Positions 15,496 to 20,000 of a DNA stretch of 20,000 nucleotides are shown one piece after another. The position numbers were made by a program, and so were the translations under genes. The stretch is from an uncultured virus (IMG/VR IMGVR_UViG_2548877036_000001) (taxonomy: Duplodnaviria > Heunggongvirae > Uroviricota > Caudoviricetes): the IMG/VR virus record IMGVR_UViG_2548877036_000001; one strand, written 5' to 3'. How positions within the stretch are numbered: the first letter of the stretch is position 1; each line of letters starts with the position of its first letter. The notes beneath the pieces are model-generated. The model had not been told where the DNA came from. It did not search any database and was given only the letters and a program-made list of their open reading frames with translations.

Positions 15496-18400
15496 CGCTG
15501 CACCTCTTCCATCCTGGAGACCCATTCGATGGGCAGTCCACTCTTAGCGGCAGCGCACTTGACCGAATACCCTTGATCCAGAAGTGCTTTGGCCCAAGTC
15601 TCGCCTTCAGGTGTCACCGGTGGCGTGCTGACCATTCGCGCGCTTCGCCGTGTGGGCGATTTCTTCGGACCGGGCTTCTTCGGCGGTGGCACCGGAGGCG
15701 GAGTCAGGTCGCCATCCAGCGACTCGAACCAGACACGCACGAGTTTGGCTTGGGCGATGGTTACCGGCCTCCCGCTCACTGGCGTGTTGGCGGTGCTGCT
15801 GTATCCGAGTGCAGCCGTCAGCTGCTTAGGTGTCCAACCTGCCGCCATGACCTTATCGAGCAGCGCCCAGGTGGGCTCTGGATCATCGACTTGTGCGTTG
15901 TAATCACGTATCCCGAAGCGACCTCGGTCCCGTTGCACCGTGCGTACCGCACGCACGTCATCCGCAGTGAGGTCAAGCAGTATGCGCCTGTGCAGCGCGC
16001 TGCACCTGGGCTCCTCTGCTCGCTTGACGAGCAGCGACACTAGACCTCGTGAGACACACGCGGCAGCCGCGATCGCGCCGATCGTGAAGGTGGCATCGGA
16101 ACGGTCCTTGCTCGTCTCCATCGCTAGGAGGCCTTGTAGATGTTCACGAACGTCCTGCGCGGGCACCCACCCGTCCCGGTAAACGGCTCGCCGCTCAGCG
16201 GCGGCGCGACGCATGTAGCTGCGGTTCTCAGTGACGCAGACAACGCAGCGGCATCCCTGGTGGTATCCGCGAGTGCTGTGATCTGTAACCCCTGACTTCG
16301 GACCGGTAATCATGTCCGTGCCACCCTGGCCCGGTGAAGTCCAGGTCCATCCGGTGAAGCGTTCGATGGTGCTGTCTTGTGGTCGAACGTCTCCGCGATT
16401 GCGCCGGGACCGCGTAGCCGCACACCACTGGTACAGCTCGAATCGGTGACCTTCGACGTACTCGACTGTTCCAACCGGCATCCGCGCCAACGTTCCGTGC
16501 CGGGCGATGTACTGCAGACACGCTAGTTTCGCTATTTGCCAGCGGGTTTCCGCTGGTTTCCACAGGAATCGACGCTCACCCTTGTGGCCGGTCGGGGTCG
16601 ACGCCAACAGCACCGCTTCGAGGATTGGTGGCAGTGTTCCGTAGATCTTGCGGCGCCGAACACTTCCGAGCCAGGCGTCGAGGTCGACATCGTCTTCGAC
16701 GTGTCCGTCGGGGACGTCTGCGTGACCTTCCCAAGCCACGAAGGACCGAAACGCCGCCACGCCGGCTTGATCGGCCTCTGACAACGGATACCAATCCCAA
16801 CCCGGCATCTGCAGAAGTGCCTCGGCGATCCAACTGTCCAGTTCATTGTCCCAGAACTTGCATAGCTGCGCTGCCACCCACAACCGAAGTGGGCGGTTCA
16901 GTCCGTCAACGTATCCCGCGAAAATGGACTCACCGGGTGCCGTGTCGTCGAGGTTTCCCCGATTGACGCAAATAGCTCGGAGCTGGTCCAGGGTTCGCTC
17001 GTCGGACGCCGCTCGCGCGTCCCACCGCCAGCCGTTGACCGAATCGAGCCGCTTGCGGCGCTCCTCGTCGAGGAGACCGTCCCGGAACAGAATGCGCTGC
17101 AGCGTCATCCAATGTCCGAGATCGCTAGACAAGGTGGTGATCCGCGCGGCTGATCCCAACCGTTCGGCCTCTTCGCACAGCCGTTCAAAGTTGCGCTCCC
17201 ACACCGAAGACGTGCGTTGCAGCAGGCGCGTCATTATCCTTCCGGGCTGGTCGCCGGTGACCTCCAACCAGTCCAGAGCAGTTGGGTCGATGCAGCCGTC
17301 GACACCCGTACCGCGTGCTCTGTCAATGTCGAATCCAACACGCGAGTCATGCGCACGTAGCCCATGCAGCACTCGCCAGACGTGGGTGTATGACGACGTG
17401 GACAGCTGGTCCTGATCATCTGCGTCGGGATCCAGCACGAGTGGAATGACGATGGTGCCGTGGGATTTTCCGGGATGGCGGCGAAGTGCCCGGCCGATAG
17501 CCTGGATGATTCCCACCTGGCTGGTACGTGGGTCGGCGAAGACCACGGCGTCGACCGCGGGCACGTCAATACCCTCACGCAGACACTGCGACGAGGCAAC
17601 CACCGTGACTCGGTCTGATGGTGAATTGGCGAGCCTGTCAAGGATCTTCACACGCTCCGAGTCACGCATCGAACCATCAACTGCGAGTCCATAGATGGGT
17701 GTGCCGTCCACGTCGCCGAGTGCACTGACGCGTCGTGCGAATGCCTGTGCGGAATCGACCCGATTGTGGAAACTCAGGATGCGCCTCACGCCGTATCGGC
17801 GCACTACATCGACCAGCGCGGCCAGCCCGGCCCGTTCTCCAGTTGCTTGCCCGGCGGGTTCGGTTGTGGTCGTCACCAGCACGCGATAATCGGACAGCAA
17901 TCCAGCGCTCACAGCTTCCCCGACGTTCAGGGTGTACGCGATCTGTCCGAACAGCGCGGTGTCATCCATAGATCGGGCAACCGCACTCGCGCCGGACAGG
18001 TCGTCGATGGTCTCGGCCCTGCCACGGCCTTTCAACACAATCGGCGTCGCCGTCGCGAATACCCGGCGTCGCGCTGGCACACCACGCGGATCGAGCACCG
18101 GAAGAAAGGTCGCGTTAGTGCGTCCAGCCAGGTGGTGGGCCTCGTCAGCGAGCAACAGGTCCAGGGGCCGCCGGCTGCGCGTCAAACCGACGGCGTCAGC
18201 CACCGCCTGGGAGGAGTGGTAGGTGGAGACCACCAACGACAGGGACATGCTGGATTCGTCAGCACGGTCTAGGAATGCGGCGACCACCTCAGCTCGGGTT
18301 GTTACGTTGCCGTCTTGATCGTGTTGGCCATGGAACGGATCGACGCCGTCAACGCCGATTTCCGCGCGCCCAGCGTCCGTTGTCGGATCTGAACACACGG

Positions 18401-18668
18401 CAAGCACGCGCATGCTGGGGATGACGCGACGCCATTCGGCAATTGTCTGCGCCACTAGCGCAATACTGGGCGTGAACACCGCAACTGTGCGCGCACCGAT
18501 TTCGAGAGCGTGCCACGGTCCGATGAGGGTCTTTCCTGTACCGCAGGCCATCCGCATCTGCGCTCGCTCCCCTGCGTTGGCTAGCGCGTCGAGGGCGGCT
18601 CGCTGGTGTGGGCGAGGTTGCAGCGCAGCAGCACTGATCGGCGCATGGTCTTGCAACGATGCGGTCAT
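15492..18668 (-). CDS. SF2 DEAH helicase (ResIII-like + Helicase_C) with helicase-associated repeats and a C-terminal Zn-finger/HTH region
   Basis: LQPRPHQ (Q motif), MACGTGKT, DEAHH, ATATP, LREGIDVP, QAIGRALR. Repeated L..W...QR…L…GW.W units. Confidence 0.9.
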   Translation of the reverse strand: MTASLQDHAPISAAALQPRPHQRAALDALANAGERAQMRMACGTGKTLIGPWHALEIGARTVAVFTPSIALVAQTIAEWRRVIPSMRVLAVCSDPTTDAGRAEIGVDGVDPFHGQHDQDGNVTTRAEVVAAFLDRADESSMSLSLVVSTYHSSQAVADAVGLTRSRRPLDLLLADEAHHLAGRTNATFLPVLDPRGVPARRRVFATATPIVLKGRGRAETIDDLSGASAVARSMDDTALFGQIAYTLNVGEAVSAGLLSDYRVLVTTTTEPAGQATGERAGLAALVDVVRRYGVRRILSFHNRVDSAQAFARRVSALGDVDGTPIYGLAVDGSMRDSERVKILDRLANSPSDRVTVVASSQCLREGIDVPAVDAVVFADPRTSQVGIIQAIGRALRRHPGKSHGTIVIPLVLDPDADDQDQLSTSSYTHVWRVLHGLRAHDSRVGFDIDRARGTGVDGCIDPTALDWLEVTGDQPGRIMTRLLQRTSSVWERNFERLCEEAERLGSAARITTLSSDLGHWMTLQRILFRDGLLDEERRKRLDSVNGWRWDARAASDERTLDQLRAICVNRGNLDDTAPGESIFAGYVDGLNRPLRLWVAAQLCKFWDNELDSWIAEALLQMPGWDWYPLSEADQAGVAAFRSFVAWEGHADVPDGHVEDDVDLDAWLGSVRRRKIYGTLPPILEAVLLASTPTGHKGERRFLWKPAETRWQIAKLACLQYIARHGTLARMPVGTVEYVEGHRFELYQWCAATRSRRNRGDVRPQDSTIERFTGWTWTSPGQGGTDMITGPKSGVTDHSTRGYHQGCRCVVCVTENRSYMRRAAAERRAVYRDGWVPAQDVREHLQGLLAMETSKDRSDATFTIGAIAAAACVSRGLVSLLVKRAEEPRCSALHRRILLDLTADDVRAVRTVQRDRGRFGIRDYNAQVDDPEPTWALLDKVMAAGWTPKQLTAALGYSSTANTPVSGRPVTIAQAKLVRVWFESLDGDLTPPPVPPPKKPGPKKSPTRRSARMVSTPPVTPEGETWAKALLDQGYSVKCAAAKSGLPIEWVSRMEEVQR

Positions 18669-19558
18669 GCCGCCACCTGCTGTTCGCCACGCAGTTTGGC
18701 CATTGCCCTCTCAACAAGGTCACGAACTTTGACGACCGGAACCCGGTACTCGTCGGCGACTTCGTTCACCGACCGCGGCACCCCGGTAGCCAATCCGAAC
18801 ACATCGGAGATGACTCGCCTCTCGCGGTCAGAGAGCAGCGCCAGCAGGTCCGAAAGCTGCTGCGAGGCCATGGCGTGAGCGTCATCTCGGTCGCCGCTGT
18901 CCTGTCCTGCCACGACGTCGAGGAGGCTGGACGATTCATCTCGACCGCCCTCGAACAGTGGGGCGTCCAACGAGACCGCTCGCGACATCATGGAGTGCAT
19001 CTGCACGACACCCATCACGCTGACACCCATTGCAGCGGCCAGCTCTGCGTCGGTCGGGGCCCTACCGAGGTCGGTCTCCAGTTGATAACGCATCGCGAGC
19101 ATCCCTCTGCATCGTTCTTGGTCGGCGGAAGACAATGCAGCCGGGGTCGCCCCGGTGATCGCACGCTGCTGACGGAGCCGCACCCAATACAGCGCGTACG
19201 TGGAAAACTTGAATCCCTGTGTGTAATCGAACTTCTGGACAGCACGAATGATGCCGAGCATCCCTTCAGCGGTGAGGTCTTCCACCGTCAGCAGCGCGCC
19301 GGAATCCATCCCGGCTGCGCGCTTGCGTGCCCACCACGCGGAAAGCCGAATGTTCGCTGTCACGAAATGCTCAAACGCCGCTCGACCATCCGCGGCCACC
19401 AGTCGCAACTGTGCCGGGGTGTAGCGCGAGCCCCCTTTGCCAAGTAGGAACTGTGCATACAGGCCAGCCTCGATCCGCTTGGCAAGCTCCACCTCTTGCT
19501 CTGCCGTCAACAAGTCAGGCAAGTCCTCGGGGATCTCTACCTGCTTCACCAGGTGCAT
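18665..19558 (-). CDS. Sigma-70 family RNA polymerase sigma factor, SigA/SigB-derived, divergent
   Basis: Region 1.2 LLTAEQEVELAKRIEAGLYA, region 2 ANIRL…EGMLGIIRAVQKFDYTQGFKFSTYA, region 3 LGRAPTDAELA…SLDAP, region 4 LSDRERRVI…FGL. Start likely ATG 19558. Confidence 0.9.
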   Translation of the reverse strand: MHLVKQVEIPEDLPDLLTAEQEVELAKRIEAGLYAQFLLGKGGSRYTPAQLRLVAADGRAAFEHFVTANIRLSAWWARKRAAGMDSGALLTVEDLTAEGMLGIIRAVQKFDYTQGFKFSTYALYWVRLRQQRAITGATPAALSSADQERCRGMLAMRYQLETDLGRAPTDAELAAAMGVSVMGVVQMHSMMSRAVSLDAPLFEGGRDESSSLLDVVAGQDSGDRDDAHAMASQQLSDLLALLSDRERRVISDVFGLATGVPRSVNEVADEYRVPVVKVRDLVERAMAKLRGEQQVAA

Positions 19559-19565
19559 AGCACGC

Positions 19566-19819
19566 TCACCTGTCCTCGAGGCGTGACACGATCGCATGCG
19601 GACCGTAGATGACGTACCCCTCCCGGACACCCCCGGTGGCGGGATCGTCTACGCGGCAATAGAACCTGAGCAGTTCCTGTCCGAACCGGTCTTGATGTGG
19701 TTCAGCGTCACGTAGTACCTCTGTGGTGAACACGCGAGATTCGTCTTCGCCCTGGGGCCGCGCCCAATGCTCGAAGAAGTCTCCCGCCCGAAGCTGATCT
19801 GCGCGGATCTCCGAAGTGC

Positions 19820-19823
<4 letters not shown>
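19566..19823 (-). CDS. Phage-like hypothetical protein
   Basis: Start ATG 19823 (ATGA overlap). IRADQLRAGD N-terminus typical of small SH3-like beta proteins. Confidence 0.65.

Positions 19824-20000
<177 letters not shown>

Noticed and set aside
18659..19447. 262-aa plus-strand ORF
   Set aside because: Antisense to the sigma factor; a typical high-GC shadow frame.

Overview
High-GC actinobacterial (most likely mycobacterial) accessory DNA that reads as part of a large mobile element (plasmid, ICE or prophage-like). No core housekeeping, rRNA, tRNA or CRISPR sequence is evident. There are three blocks. (1) 1-3520, minus strand: an ImmA/IrrE zinc metallopeptidase translationally coupled to a divergent class III nucleotidyl-cyclase-like protein, then an XRE-HTH fusion protein with its own leaderless promoter and operator, then a partial membrane-anchored protein. 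This is the best candidate for an undescribed signalling, defence or toxin-antitoxin module. (2) ~3700-11610: a type VII secretion (ESX)-substrate-like cluster in two convergent units. The plus unit has an S1 protease lipoprotein and a PPE/EspB-like protein. The minus unit has two WXG100-sized paralogues with APxY instead of WxG, an NlpC/P60 hydrolase, an EspK-like protein, a mini EspD/EspH-like ORF and a PE-like protein, followed by an orphan. (3) 11630-20000, minus strand: a tightly coupled phage-like gene run with an unannotated 44-aa ORF, an Ead/Ea22-like gene, a truncated tyrosine recombinase, a DEAH helicase with helicase-associated repeats and a Zn/HTH tail, a SigA/SigB-derived sigma factor with rewritten promoter-recognition regions, and a poly-Asp hexamer microsatellite at the window edge. 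All family calls are by-eye motif recognition; no searches were run.
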